A stretch of 64,000 nt of DNA from Chrysomallon squamiferum. Taxonomy: Eukaryota > Animalia > Mollusca. A program made the position numbers and the translations under genes. Below are positions 41,762 through 55,814 of this stretch, in pieces. The notes beneath the pieces are model-generated. The model saw nothing but the letters and a program-made list of their open reading frames with translations. It ran no database searches and had not been told where the DNA came from. Every line of letters begins with the position of its first letter. Positions within the stretch are counted from its first letter, which is position 1. The stretch is taken from contig CM022673.1 of NCBI GenBank assembly GCA_012295275.1, positions 12,586,001-12,650,000 on the forward strand, read 5' to 3'.

Positions 41762-42809
41762 CATGTTGTCTTTACTATGGTTCAACGGTTAGATCGTTCA
41801 ACAGGGACACAGGATAAAACTCACAGTGTATACTAAGTTATTTTTTGTTCTTTAATATCTTAATATCCTTTAACAGAAACAACAGAATATAAAATAAAAT
41901 ATAAACGTAATAACTGCACAGCTTTTTGTTATCAAAGAAAACCTATTTCACAGGTTCCTTTGTTACCTCTGTTACAATTCGTGTATTTCCTGTTCCATCC
42001 AGTGCTCTGAGGCTGTTTCCTACATGCCTTCCTATGTGCATTCTCTTTATGTGAAAATAAAAATATTAAAAATCATTGATAATCGGTGAATTAACCGTAG
42101 CGGTTTCTTCTCTAACATGATCATGAAATGAAACAAATCATATTTAACTTTATATTTGACTTCTTAAAACTGCTAACCATAATTTGTGTGTTAAAATTTC
42201 ATGAAACAACATTTAATACTCATTCATTCATTCATACATTCATGATTCACCTATTAAACTGTAAACATATTTTAGAATATAATCGTGACGTGTTATACAA
42301 GCGATTATTCATGACGTAATGTAATGACGTTATCACACTAAAAATACATCCATCTCCGTCATCATGGCTTCTGTTATAACTATCATTGACAAACACAGGA
42401 CCGGTAACTCTGCTATTCATGGATTTGCATCGTGCATGTTGATTTTCTAACAAGACAGTCATGTAGGTTATGTTAAAATTTATATTCTGTATTGATTTTA
42501 AAGGCATGATAAATATAATCATCTTGTTTGTTGACGTGACAAAACGCATCAAATACATGTTTTATAGATACATTAATAACTACAGATAAACTTTCACGAC
42601 TATACCACACAATAAGGAAATATAAATCCGTCTCGAAATATGTTTTTTAAAATTATATAATTTTATCTGTACTTCCTCGAAATAAATAAATGTGATTAAT
42701 GACAACAACAACGTGATCAGCACTTTTTCTGCAGAACAGATATGTTATGTTTTTATTTAGTTAATGATTTACTTGTTAAAACCCAAGAAACAAAATGTTC
42801 CGCATTCAG

Positions 42810-42930
<121 letters not shown>

Positions 42931-44543
42931 CTGCTTCTATATCTTTCTCATTGTGGGTGGGTGTGTGTGTGTGTATATATAACGATATCTCTTTCTGTTT
43001 CTCCATTTATCTCTATTTGTTATTCGATACTGTCTCTCAAAGACACATTGCACATTTCTTTAACTTTTGTAAAGTTATTTTTACTTTTATGTTTTACTTC
43101 TAACAACGAACAGTTTGTGATGCAGTATCATTTTGTTCTGCAATGTCATTCTTACACCAAGCGGAAAACAGGTTTTTGTTCTCATCCAAAAGCAGTCCAT
43201 ATTGACTGAACGTTCGCTAATGAAGATAAACGATAGTTTCTTTCAGAAATAATATTACTTTATTAAACACGTATCGAAATGAAAACTCTACGAACAAAAC
43301 CATAAGGTCAGCTTAAATAATGACTTGCATGAAAGAAATACTTTAAAGATAAAAATAAAGTGACTTCAAATGACTTGTAAAGAAAACTGCTGTCATAAGT
43401 CGGCTCTTTTTCTTCCTAAACTAATTTGTTTTGTTTTTTTAACCTTGATTGCAATTATGCAGTGTACTTTATTGTCTTGATTATATCTCTGAGACAGAGA
43501 CAGATAGATAAACTTAGAGAGAGAGAGAAAAGGAGAAGGAGCAGAGACTGACAGGAGGGAGAGAAAGAGACGGAGACAAAGACAGACAAATACAGTCAGT
43601 GACAAAAATAGAGAAGTCAGTTAACTAACAGGGCATGAACATTATATTTTAAAAACAAATGATTCCAAAAAATAAAATCATTTGTCCTAAATATATGATC
43701 TGTAATCGACTCTTACTACTCCTATTTAACTGTGAAGAAGTAATACTACTACAGCTCTTCTCTTTTACTAACATTTTATCCCATTAACACTGTTTTATTG
43801 TTCCAACCAAGAACCCGGATCTATGGGCTCTGCCCTGTACGCGATGACGTCATGACTTGAGAGATCTTTTTAAACTAATACTATTTTATGAATTTTCGAC
43901 GGCAAAATCAAGTAACTTAGAACTATGCTTAATACATATTTAGACTTTTTCCTTTCTTATATTTTAAACTTTCTGTGTTCTAACCAGACTGTAATGTATG
44001 ACATATTATTACTGGCTGAAACTACTGAAGAAGATATAAATTTAAAATCAATTTTTCCAATAAAAAAAAAAAAAAAGGTTATTAAACTAGAGATAAAAAA
44101 AAAAAAACATCTTTTATCCAATTAATTATCGTCAAACTCTATATACGATCAAACATTTTTTTCTCGGATTAATAACAACTTCAAACAACGTTTTATTGGA
44201 TTCTGTACTTTTTATGTAGTAAAGTGTAATTTGAAAAATTCAATATTCCTCCGCCCTTTAGGTAAAATTTTATTCTCGAGTACGTTCACGTATCAACATC
44301 AAACAAAAGATTAGCCAACTAAAAATAACGGTTTACAACACTGGTAAATTCTGCGTCATCTACATTAGTGTATGGTATCTTTGGTTTCTTTAAAGACTTC
44401 GGAAACTTGTTTTGTTTAAAAAAAAAAAAAAAAAAAAATTTTTTGTGTTAGTAATCGATGACTTTTACTTTTTGTTGTTATTGTTCATGTTGTCGTTGTT
44501 GTTGTTTCTGCATTTCAGGTTGATTGATTCCCTCCTTCCCTAA

Positions 44544-44577
<34 letters not shown>

Positions 44578-44685
44578 TCTAAGACGATGTACTAATAAAT
44601 AAAATGTTTTTATTAGTTTTAGTACTTTCCAACATAACCTTTTTTTTAATTTTGATTTAATATTTTACTGCTTTTTATTCGCCTT

Positions 44686-44731
<46 letters not shown>

Positions 44732-45799
44732 CTTCTTCATTTTTTCTTTCTTGTATTCTTGTTTTTAATTATTTATTTCCTTTTTAACAGAATTTGCTTT
44801 TGGGTTTTCCTATTGCGTTATTTTTTTTTTTATTATTATTATTATTGTGTTGCATTGTTTTACTATTGTTTATTTTTTGTTGTTGTTTTTTGTAACGTTT
44901 GGTTTTTGTTGCTGTTTTTTATTTTTTGCCTTTATTTTTATTTTGTTTCTCAGATAGTTGGAGTTTTTGTTGGGTTTTTTGGTTGGTTTTTTTTTTTTTT
45001 TGTTTGTTTGTTTTTTGTTATTTTCGGGGGGTTTTTTTATGGGGGGATTGACTACTTAAGACATTTTCTTTCTGATGCAACAATAATAATAGTTCTAAAA
45101 ATTACGAAATACCTTTACGCACAAAAAAGGATCGTTGAAAGAAAAACACTTCAAACACAAGAACCCTGCCTGTTTACTAAAACAATCTTTCTTCCTGTTT
45201 CCACTGCACTGTCTCAGTGTTCTTGTTTGATGTTACAACGTACCAAACTCTTCACTCGGTTTACCTCGGGGCAAGTTCTTTGGCGATCTTCACAGTATTT
45301 GGAACTCGCAGAATACAGATTCACGCAATATGTAGGCCATAGTCCAGAGGTAAAACCCTTTGCAGTCAGATGCAGTCACGTTTTGCCTGGGACGTTGTCG
45401 TGGCAGTTGTTATCGCGGAAGCCCCAAGGAGGTGAACATCACAGTTTCAAAAAACCAGAAATTAATCCACCGTTAATGTACTTTTTTTTTATTTGTTGTT
45501 GTTGTTGTTGTTGTTTTGTTTTGTTTTTTGTTGTTTGTTATATTGTGGGTTTTTTGGAGGAGTCGAATATCACAGTTTCAAAAAGACAGAATCTAAGGCA
45601 CTGTTTTTTAAAAAGAAAGAAAGAAATGGAGAAAAAAAGAAAATTATTGAATTTTAGTTATCCTAACAGAAACATACTTTTTGAAAACTACTTTTTAGAA
45701 AATAAAACACTTATTATTTTTGTAATATAAAGATTGTCACGTGGCAAGTAAATTCACTGATTATCATGGAAAATAGTCCATGGAACTAATGGTTAAGAT

Positions 45800-46016
45800 A
45801 ATAACAACAACAACAACAATAATAATAATAAAGGATAAAAAAATGGGGAAAATTGGTATCTATATTCATGGTTCGTACACCTTGGGTTATCAAAATTTCC
45901 ATAATAATAATAATAATAACAACAATAATAATAATAACATTAAAGGATATAAAAAATGAGGAAAATCGGTATCAGTATTCATGGTTCGTACACCTTGGGT
46001 TATCGAAATTTCCATA
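45800..46016 (+). repeat. Local tandem duplication (~113 bp period) including an (AAT/AAC)n tract
   Basis: TAAAGGATA.AAAAATG.GGAAAAT.GGTATC..TATTCATGGTTCGTACACCTTGGGTTATC.AAATTTCCATAA occurs twice. Confidence 0.9.
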
Positions 46017-47606
46017 AATTTTCTAAAACTTTCCACAGCCCAGAAATCCAAATTTCGAAAACCATTTCCAAGCAAACTCAATGAAAACAAAGTGTTTTTA
46101 GACAAGATGGTCAGTTAAACTTCTGCCTTGACCTGGCTGTGTGGTATACATGTAGGATTACTAGTAATAAAAAAAATTAATGTGATTTATTTTAGTGTTT
46201 TAAAATGCAGTTTTATTCTCGGAGTGGACACGCTCTCGGCACTGTGATTTGCTGCAGCCTGATTCGGCTGTTTCTGGATTGAAGAAGTGACCCAGTCCTC
46301 GTGTTTTTCATGTGAATGTTTTTTCCCATTCGGGTGACTGACGACAACGGCCCAGCCATATTTCCGACATCAGATGTTTCTGAAGACAACGTACAACGCG
46401 TTCTGTGACGTTCAGGATCATCTCCATCTTGACCTGCTTTCGCCAGCCAGTCGTTGGTCAGTTTCTTTGTTAACCACATTTTAAACATTGGTCAAAACTA
46501 ACCAGGTTTTACGGCAATTCCATAATCTTTCCACAGCAGAGGTAACAAAACTTGATTTATAAACACTGACGAATTTCCAAACTTTCCAAGACTTTCCAAA
46601 ACGCGTACAAACAACCCTGAATATTTCGGACATAAGCAATGTTTTGTTAGCTTTTGATAATCATTTAACATCATCTGTATTTAATTTCAATTCAAAATTA
46701 TTCATTTCTTTTAATTTTGTTTTCATTTGACATACGAGTATAATATATTGACAATGAGAATAACAATGATGATGATGATGATGATGATGATGATCAGAAG
46801 GGTTTTTGGGACGGGTGGTTGTTTTACAGGTGTTTATAATGATGTTAATGATAATGATATCAATGGTTATGATGATATACAAAGACAAGACTTATCTTGG
46901 GCAGAGTAAAAAACTGCTAAATTTCACTCTCCTTTCTGTTTAACCCAATTTTCACAGTAAACAACCGCAGTAATGAACCTGCCAAAACACGGACTATTCT
47001 GCGAAAGTGCGGATTGCGATTTCAGAATTAAAATCGATAAAGTATCGTTTTACCGTACTTTCTTCACCAGACCGTACGTATCGGTAATCAGCCCGTCCTT
47101 ATAAAGCTCTGAATCTCCTCTTTTAATGTTGATCACGGCGACATCTTAGGTTACTTTCTCAGACTCGTTTCATTTATTTCTGTCTTCTCTGTGTTATTTC
47201 TTCCTGTCGCCATTTGCATATCTTATCTCTGAACGGCTATTTTGTCTTTGCTGGCGTTTAATCTAGGAAGCATCTAAACGCCGGATCCTGCCATTTCATG
47301 CAACGACTGCCCTGATTTTTTTTTTTTTTGAACTAAGTGTGATATAAAGAATAGTTCTGAAACAGATAAAAGACTGAACAATGTATTAGAGAAAACTGGT
47401 AATTATATTTTTATTTTATTTTATTTTTTAATTTATGTTTTTTGTTGTTGATGGTTTTTTTTTTTTTTTTTGTTGTTGTTTAGTGTAATTAATCTCAATG
47501 TATTTTTCCTGCCGCCACTGACTTAAATAAACGTTAAATAGTAAATTTTAAAAATTAGGAACGGTATAAGTTGTTAGTAATTTTGACAGTGAGAGTGCAA
47601 AATGTT

Positions 47607-47665
<59 letters not shown>

Positions 47666-48318
47666 CAATTTTAACATTTTATAAATTGAAACTTATTGCA
47701 CTTCTAATGATCATAAAGAGGTCGACCAGTACTGACGTAACACTAATATGACGTCAACAATGCTCGTCGTACTGGCTTCTCGTTTACAACGACAAAACAG
47801 CTCGTTCTGTGTTTCCAACCAAAACGATCGCGCGTTCCGTCCCATGATCACACACTTAAAACTGCAAATGTTTACTTCGTCGACCTGCAGAGAAGATGCA
47901 TTCGATACGTCAGACCGTGATGTATGTAATCAATCTAGAGGATGACAAATCAATGTGTGGGTCAGCGCCACATGAGGCACACTGCGGCTATTTCAGACTT
48001 GCAGGTCGCCGCTAATTGAACGACGGGCGGATTAAGCGCTGTGTGGGGAAGTAAATTCAGTTTTGTCGATATCTGACAAACATGTAATAACCAGCAGTGA
48101 GGAAGGACGAGAGGAATGTCCGCCATACAATAAGAGCATATAACAACAGAAGAAGAAGACGAAGAAGACGAAGAAGAAGAAGAAGAAGAAGAAGAAGAAG
48201 AAGAAAAAGAAGAAGAAGAAGAAGAAGAAGAACAACAACAACAACAACAAAAATAGCAATAGCAAGATGATATTTATGATCACAATGATGATGACGACGA
48301 CGACGACTATGATAACGT

Positions 48319-48349
<31 letters not shown>

Positions 48350-48602
48350 AAAAAGAAGGGATTTTTAAAGTTGTTGGTTTTTATTTTGTTTTTGTTGGTG
48401 GGGGTGTTATTTGGGGGTGTTTTTTTGTTTTTTTTTTTTTTTTTTTTTTCATATCTCTATATGACATTGCCAACAAAAAAAAACAAGAAAAAAACAACAT
48501 GTTATGTTACTTTTTATTTGTTTAAAGTTCGATGTCCAGTCACATCATAAAACAATCTCTCGAAAATTTACACATTGTTGAATTGCTGTTCTGTTTTATA
48601 GC

Positions 48603-48661
<59 letters not shown>

Positions 48662-49522
48662 TTAAATATAAGAAGTTAATAATGATGTGAGCAATACGAA
48701 CAAATCAATACAAAATAATGGAGTTCATGTCTTCCATTACAATCTGAATAAATATATCAAGTTACATGATCAGTATTGATATGAAATAATCAAAAAAACA
48801 TTTCATGTTCAATAAGTTCTCAAAGAGAAACAGTCTGTATTAATGAAATGTTCTGTCGCTTGCCCGAATTTGAACAAACCAAAGACCAGATCGATGAAAC
48901 ATTCCATAAAGTGATAAATCTTGTTTTGTTGTGATCTAATGTAATACTGATAAGGAATTACCTCTTCAAAAAAATTGTATAAATACTGACAATATAAATC
49001 GAATTTAAAAAAAAAAAAAAAAAAAATTGATGAATAACATAAATTGTATTAAATATAACAAATAACTTTTGTTTATCAATGTACTGGACGGATAACTTCT
49101 ATAAAAACATTCTTTTTTTTTTCCCCGTTTGGTTCCTCTAATTACATAAAGAGAAAAATGTGTCTCCATTTACAAGAGAGTTCGCGAAACAAATGTACCT
49201 CCATTTACAGGAGGGATGGCGAATACTTATTCCGGTAATGAGTTAAACGTTAAGTTGTATCAGCTCATGCCAGTGTTGATCCCGTGGTTATTCGAAGTTA
49301 ATTTCATTACCAGATACCAAAGTGCCATGGATATTCATCCTAGAAAAACACCAAGCAAATTACACTGGCTCATCTAGTAAATCTGAACGAAGCTTTTGAA
49401 AGCTGAATCATATAGATTCCTGCCATCTTTAACAGAAGCGAGTCAAATATATTAAACTGGTTAAAATTACTAAGTATGTAAAACTGATCACCTTTTTAAG
49501 CTGTTGTGGTTGGGTTAAGCAA

Positions 49523-49664
<142 letters not shown>

Positions 49665-50425
49665 GGAGTTTGACAAACACATCTATTACCAATTCCACCT
49701 TTTCACATCACTGATCAATAAAAACAAAACCATTTGTCTTTGATTACCTCTGCCAGCGTCTGTGAGTCATTACGGAAATTCGAAAAGAAAAATGTTTTCT
49801 GCTTCATGTTTCAGGTTACCGTTTATCAATCGGTTTATGTTGCACTCTTGGCCTTCAAGACAACACATCTTATTGTAAAGACAATTTCCAGAGATTGCTG
49901 TTCTCTGAAAAAAGGCTTTACTGCAATACGAGCTGACGAGTCACACACTGGCGGATTTTGCTTATAATCTCTAAACAGACGATGTCGGATACGTTCTTCT
50001 CGATCTAAATTCAGAATGCATCACATTTATCACAAATATCACTAATTTGAATAATTGGCATTTAATACTGACACATATACGGTGTGTGGTTTGTAGATTA
50101 CACAGAGGAGTGAGATAATTTTATTCTTATAAAATGTTTAAAGATGGCAAGTCGATAAATATGGTTTGTTAAAGATGATATTCAAGACAAGGAATTGTTG
50201 AACTGTGGACTGAGAATGGCTTGTTGACAGTGATTAACTGTGGATTAAAGTTCACACACAGACTTTGTTTATGCCGTTAAGAATTAAATAATACAAAACA
50301 CATATATCAAAATTATGATTTAGTTTGGGTTTTGTTTTAACGTCAATGAAACTGGCATGTGATGTACTTTTAATAAATATCGTCAGTGAAAACTTGGCGC
50401 TTTTCTCACAAGATAAACTACAGCC

Positions 50426-50541
50426 GACTGGAAAAGACTGTAGACTGATAACCAGACTGGAAAAGACTGTAGACTGATAACCAGACTGGAAAAGACTGTA
50501 GACTGATAACCAGACTGAAAAAGACTGTAGACTGATGACCA
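50426..50541 (+). repeat. 29-bp tandem repeat x4 (GACTGGAAAAGACTGTAGACTGATAACCA)
   Basis: Three identical copies plus a fourth with two substitutions. Each unit contains three GACTG sub-repeats. Confidence 0.95.
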
Positions 50542-51275
50542 GATGCAACTGAAGTGTGGCAGATAAGTCATCCCGGCAATAAACTGGTAAATCGTATTAG
50601 TCGTAATGGTATAAAGTGCTGTAATGACGAGATAATGTTTTTAATGAAGACAGAAACGAGACTGTCAGTCCTCAGCAGAATCCTCGCATTGTTTTAGCCT
50701 GCAGTTGCAAACCTGTGCTGTGTGACCATCTTGCCAAATCGTTTTAACCAGTATTTGCGAATGTATAATGTGTATCAATCTTAACTTACTGTTTTCTACA
50801 GTATTAGTGAATGTATAATGTGCAACTATCTTAATATACGCTTTTAGTATCTGCAAATGCGTAATGTGAACCGCCTAATCGTATTGTTTTAGTCAATATT
50901 TAGAAACAAAGGCTGAAAAAAAAAAATGAAAAGAAAAGAAATTATTTTACAGTATCATTCTCAAAGGTGAAAATTGTAACTCTTATCATGTTGTTTTAGA
51001 AAATACCAAAAAATGTGAAAACTGAAACCTTCTTTTCACATAGCCGTCACTGTCATTTTTATTGTTGCTGTTTGTTTTGTCTGTTTTGAGCTCTTTTTTT
51101 TTTTTTTTTAGTGGGGGGTACTGATGGGTCGTTTTTTTTTTTTTTTTTTTTTTGTTTGTTTTGGGGGGATTTTCGGAGGATTTTTTTTATGTTTTTTTTT
51201 TTTTTTTTTTTTGAGTTTTTTTTTTTTGTTGTTGTTGTTTTTGTTTTGTTTTTTTCTTGTTTTTAAAATTTTAAA

Positions 51276-51333
51276 GACTGATCATGCGAGCTATCACGTT
51301 TCACACGAAAACTCTAACCACTGAACTACAGTC
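51276..51333 (-). mobile_element. tRNA-derived SINE head relic
   Basis: Minus strand GACTGTAGTTCAGTGGTTAGAGTTTTCGTGTGAAACGTG aligns with the heads at 2209, 35700 and 41560. Confidence 0.5.
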
Positions 51334-52080
51334 ACAGACCTCACAACTTGATAAAAAAAAAAAAAAAACGCGTTAATTACGTTCATTAGCAGCTGTTTGA
51401 AACAGTTTAAAAAAATATATCAGGTCGGAAAAACCGTCAATTAACTCTCTTTTTGAAAACAACTCCTTTCCTTAAAAAAAATCATGTAATAAAATTCGAG
51501 ACTGAGATTGAAAAAGAAACCGGCAAGTTGAAACAACACAGGAGACACATTTTTGATCGCCTAAACGGTAAAAACGGGTCGTTTCATTTTTTTTGTCTAA
51601 ATATAGCCCCTCTAATCAACACGCTGCTGCTTTGATGTCATCAGCGAAAGGATGGAAAGAAAATTGACTCCTCTTTGCTGCGGCGGTCAAGAGTGTGCTG
51701 AAAACCGTTTTACACTTTAAATAGAAAAATTTCTGTTGAAACTGATCTTCAGTCACAAGAAGGAAAAAAAAAAGAGATGTGCTATTTGTAACTATACCAC
51801 AGGCGGGACAAAATCGGTAGACGTGTATTTGGGTTGCGTGCCATTTTAAAAATGCCTCCTATGTTTCATAGATGAAAAGAGAAGTAAAGAAAGTCAATAT
51901 ATGTGTAGATGATTTTTGTTCTTAGTCTTTTATTGTTGTTGTTGTTGTTGTTGTTGTCGTTATCATCAGTGTTATCATCGTAATTGTAATCATCATTATT
52001 TTTATTATTATCATCATGGTTGTGAACATAATCGTCGTCGTCGTCAATTATCATCATCATTACCATCATCATCATCATCA

Positions 52081-52114
<34 letters not shown>

Positions 52115-53224
52115 TGTGTATTGCTACATATTTGAAAACCACCACAATTTATATAAATGTGACGATTTAATATAAAATTTGGATATGTAAAAATGTACAC
52201 GTCGAAGTAAAAAGAAAACGTTTTGCTTCAAAACCCAAGCAGTTCAATAATTCAGATAGTTACATATTTTACTGCGAGGGGGGGGGAAGAAATAAAATAT
52301 TGTTCTGTATACAATTATCATTTTCAAGGGTGATTATTATTCTGAGCTATGATTATCGTTCTTGGTGACTTTTTACAATTTTTTTTTTTTTTTTTTTTTT
52401 TTATGATGAGTGAGTGAGTGCATACGCATTTTATTACTTTGATTGTTATTATTATTAATATTTTTTTTTATTACATTTGTGTCATTACTTGTGCAATATT
52501 ACATTTCTTACGTCTTCCTGAATTTTTATTTATCTATTTTATTTTATTTTTATTCAGTACCTTTAATACATATACGGATATCACGCACGGAAATCATTAA
52601 TTTCCGATTATTATTATTTGCTTGAGAAAATTAAAAGTTTGTAGCATTTAATTATAAAATAATATCTTTATAAAGCAACTTCCTGGTATTTCACACTGCA
52701 AAACAACAATGACCTGATTAAATTCTTCTCTCCCTTCTCTAGTTGTTTACGTGACTTCTGCATTTTCATGCCATCATTCGTAAACTTGCGTGACTGACAA
52801 AATAGACTGGCACGTTGCAAAATTAATAAAAGCGTACTACTAGAGACGGTTACAGTTTTAGGAAAGCAGCACTTTAACGGTACTTGTTTTAATAAAATGC
52901 TGTTAAACTAAAATATCATTTGTGTCCCGTTCTAGTTTTGTTTAGAAGGGAGTTTTATTGTTATATGTGTGTGTGTGTGTGGAGGGATTATTGTTGATAA
53001 AGAAAAAAATTAATTCTTTATTCCACGATGACTGAAAGGTTTAATAAACGAATATGTAAACGAAGATTAATGGATGCATGAATAAATTTGAATTTGTTCA
53101 GTTGGATCAACATTTATTTAACGAAAATGGTTGAAAGAATGAATAAATGGATGTATAAACAAATTCATCATTTATGCATTAAGGAATGAATGAATGAATT
53201 TAAATTTGTTCAACTGAAATCTAC

Positions 53225-53627
53225 TTGTATGTATATGTGTGTGTGTATAGATGGATGTATGTGTGTGTGCATATATGTATGTATATTTGTTTGTGTGTGT
53301 ATATATATGTATGTATATGTATGTTTGTGTGTATATATGTATGTATTCGTGTGTGTATATGTATGTATATATGTGTGTTTGTGTGTATATATTAATGTGT
53401 GTTTGTGTGTATATATTAATGTGTTTGTGTGAATATGTATACGTGTGATTGTGTGTATATATATATCTATGTTTGTGTGTATATGTATGTGTATGTGTGC
53501 CTGTGTGTGTATATATGTATGTATATATGTTTTGTGTTTGTATATATGTATCTATATGTGTGTGTATGTATGTATGTATATATGTTTTTGTGTGTGTATG
53601 TGTATGTATATGTGTGTTTGTGTGTGT
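53225..53627 (+). repeat. Degenerate (TG/TA)n microsatellite block
   Basis: Seen directly; accounts for the CVYM/HTHT ORFs. Confidence 0.95.
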
Positions 53628-53999
53628 TATCATAACAGCGGCAATCCCTTTGAGGAGCAGCGAAGGACTATTTATAAACACTTCACTGAAAAGAGTCATG
53701 TATTTTTATTACATCGCACATAAAACTCTTTTTCCGTCCACTGCAATTTCAGGCATGTTGAGAAGAAAGCTAATTAGATTCCATTCATTACTGCAGTTTC
53801 CAGCAGCTGACAAGAGTAATTGCTGCCACTAGGGCACTTCGACTCATGTCAGTGTGTAAATGTGTAGGTAAATTTCCGATTACATTCACAAATGGAAACT
53901 GTGCAGAGTTTGTTTATACACGTTTTGCTCCCCAATCGTAATCACAAATCCGGGATATACATATTCATCGGGGCACACTCTCCAGGCATCCCGGTAAAC

Positions 54000-54068
54000 C
54001 TATGCAAGACAGTTGATACAGCATTATATAAATTAGTTATGGACCTCCATCTGGAACGGGAAATAGCC
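54000..54068 (-). mobile_element. Decayed SINE core fragment
   Basis: Minus strand GGCTATTTCCCGTTCCAG...CCATAACT...TATAT...CTGTCT is collinear with the 2265 and 16524 copies. Confidence 0.45.
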
Positions 54069-54756
54069 TATAGTGCGAATAGAGGATGTTGAATGTCAGT
54101 CGTTGATAACGTTTCTTTATTTTGAGGTTAGTTTATACAAGGTATAGCTGCCATTTCCTAAAGTAAAAAGAAAAATAAGTGGATCTCGTCTGCTTGACAG
54201 TTTATTCATCTCGTTTTATTCCTCTGACTGAAGACAGTAAATCTGATTAGCCTGGATAGAAGAAAAAGTCGTCCGCCATTACGGAACTGTTACACGAAGC
54301 GTAAAAACCAAAAGTCGTCTCAGCTATTAATGGAAACGCTTTAACGAGACTCCGGTATCCATGGTCACTTTGATGGAAAGGTGCTTAATTACCTAGACCA
54401 ATCAGACGATGCCCAGATTCGGCAGTGTCTTTAATCGAGGGTAATATGAAAGGCCACTGACATAATGGCGACAGCAGAAGTCGTGACGTCTTCGAGCTTT
54501 CAAGTCTAGGACGAAGAAAATGGAGCGTCATGTCGCAATGGACTCGTAACTCACTTCCGTTAAGTGAATTAACTGACATATTACTCCGCGTCGCTGTGCT
54601 TTCTGTCAGCAGAAAACTGTCTGATTCGTTCTTTGATATAAAAAGATTGTGAAAAAGAAAATTAAGAATAAAAAAAGTAATAATAAACTAATTTACCTAA
54701 CTGTCGCTAAAAACAAAACAAGCATTCTTTCTAAACCGAATCCAGAAAGGGGTATT

Positions 54757-54790
<34 letters not shown>

Positions 54791-55778
54791 CCGTCGTCAA
54801 CATTGTTATTATATTTTTACTGAAAAGTGCATGAAAACAAAATAATTACATATTCATAATTACTGAGAAAAAATATATAAATGATGTTCGTCTGATACAC
54901 GGACATGCACGCACACGCATTAAGTATCCCAGCATACTAATGATGCCTACTACTGTATATATATATATATATATATGTGTGTGTACTCAAGTGCTTGAAT
55001 ATATGCAAGACGGATGTGATCCAGAGACAGTGAAAACTAATTTAATATTTCATACGTCTCGAGGAAAATCCGTTAACGAAGTAACGTCAGTTTGCACCCT
55101 TAAAGTGCAGCGGATAACGGTTTTGTAAGTAAACCAGGTTTGAGCAGACGAGACATACTTCATTAACAAGACTTCAGGATTATGTCGGACCGTGTCTCTG
55201 ACCCTCCGCTCACTCGCGACTACTTTAATATCATAAAAATAAAAATAGTAATTCCTTGTTGACAGTATCTTAGAGATAAAAAAATAATAATAATATATTA
55301 AAAGATTTATGGCTACAATAACCCAAAGATCATGAAATGTGTCACACTGATGCAATTACTCTTTAAGAAGTAGAGTTATGTCGCCTCGTCTTTATTGAAA
55401 AGTTATTCTGGATTTAGTACGTGCAAAGGCGTGTGGTCTGTTCTGTGATAAACACACAGTTTTCACTGTCCGTGCACACAGTGACTGTTTGCGTTACGTG
55501 TTCAGAACCATTTCACGTTCGAAACTTCCAGCTGTTTCATTCTGAATGACAGACTGGTCACTGATAACTCACCAGGCCACAGGTTCTTGTCTCCTGTCCG
55601 CCGTATCTGAAAATTATATTGAGAGATGTACAGTTTATTTTTCTTTTTTCTTCTTTGTTTTTTGTTGTTGTTTTTTTTGTTTTGTTTTGTTTATTTTGTT
55701 TGTTTGTTTTATTTTCTTTTTTAACGAGGAACGAGTTGTTTTTTAATGTTGCGTTGGTATTCCTGTTTTTGTGGATTT

Positions 55779-55814
<36 letters not shown>

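Noticed and set aside
44759-45730. Longest ORF in the track (323 aa)
   Set aside because: TTG start, and about half is T-rich low-complexity sequence that avoids stops by composition. The central unique part has no recognisable domain.
46213-46488. 91-aa minus-strand ORF of normal composition
   Set aside because: No recognisable homology or convincing splice and promoter context. The length is compatible with chance in a GC-richer patch.
50426-50541. 29-bp repeat of CRISPR-like length
   Set aside because: Head-to-tail copies without spacers.
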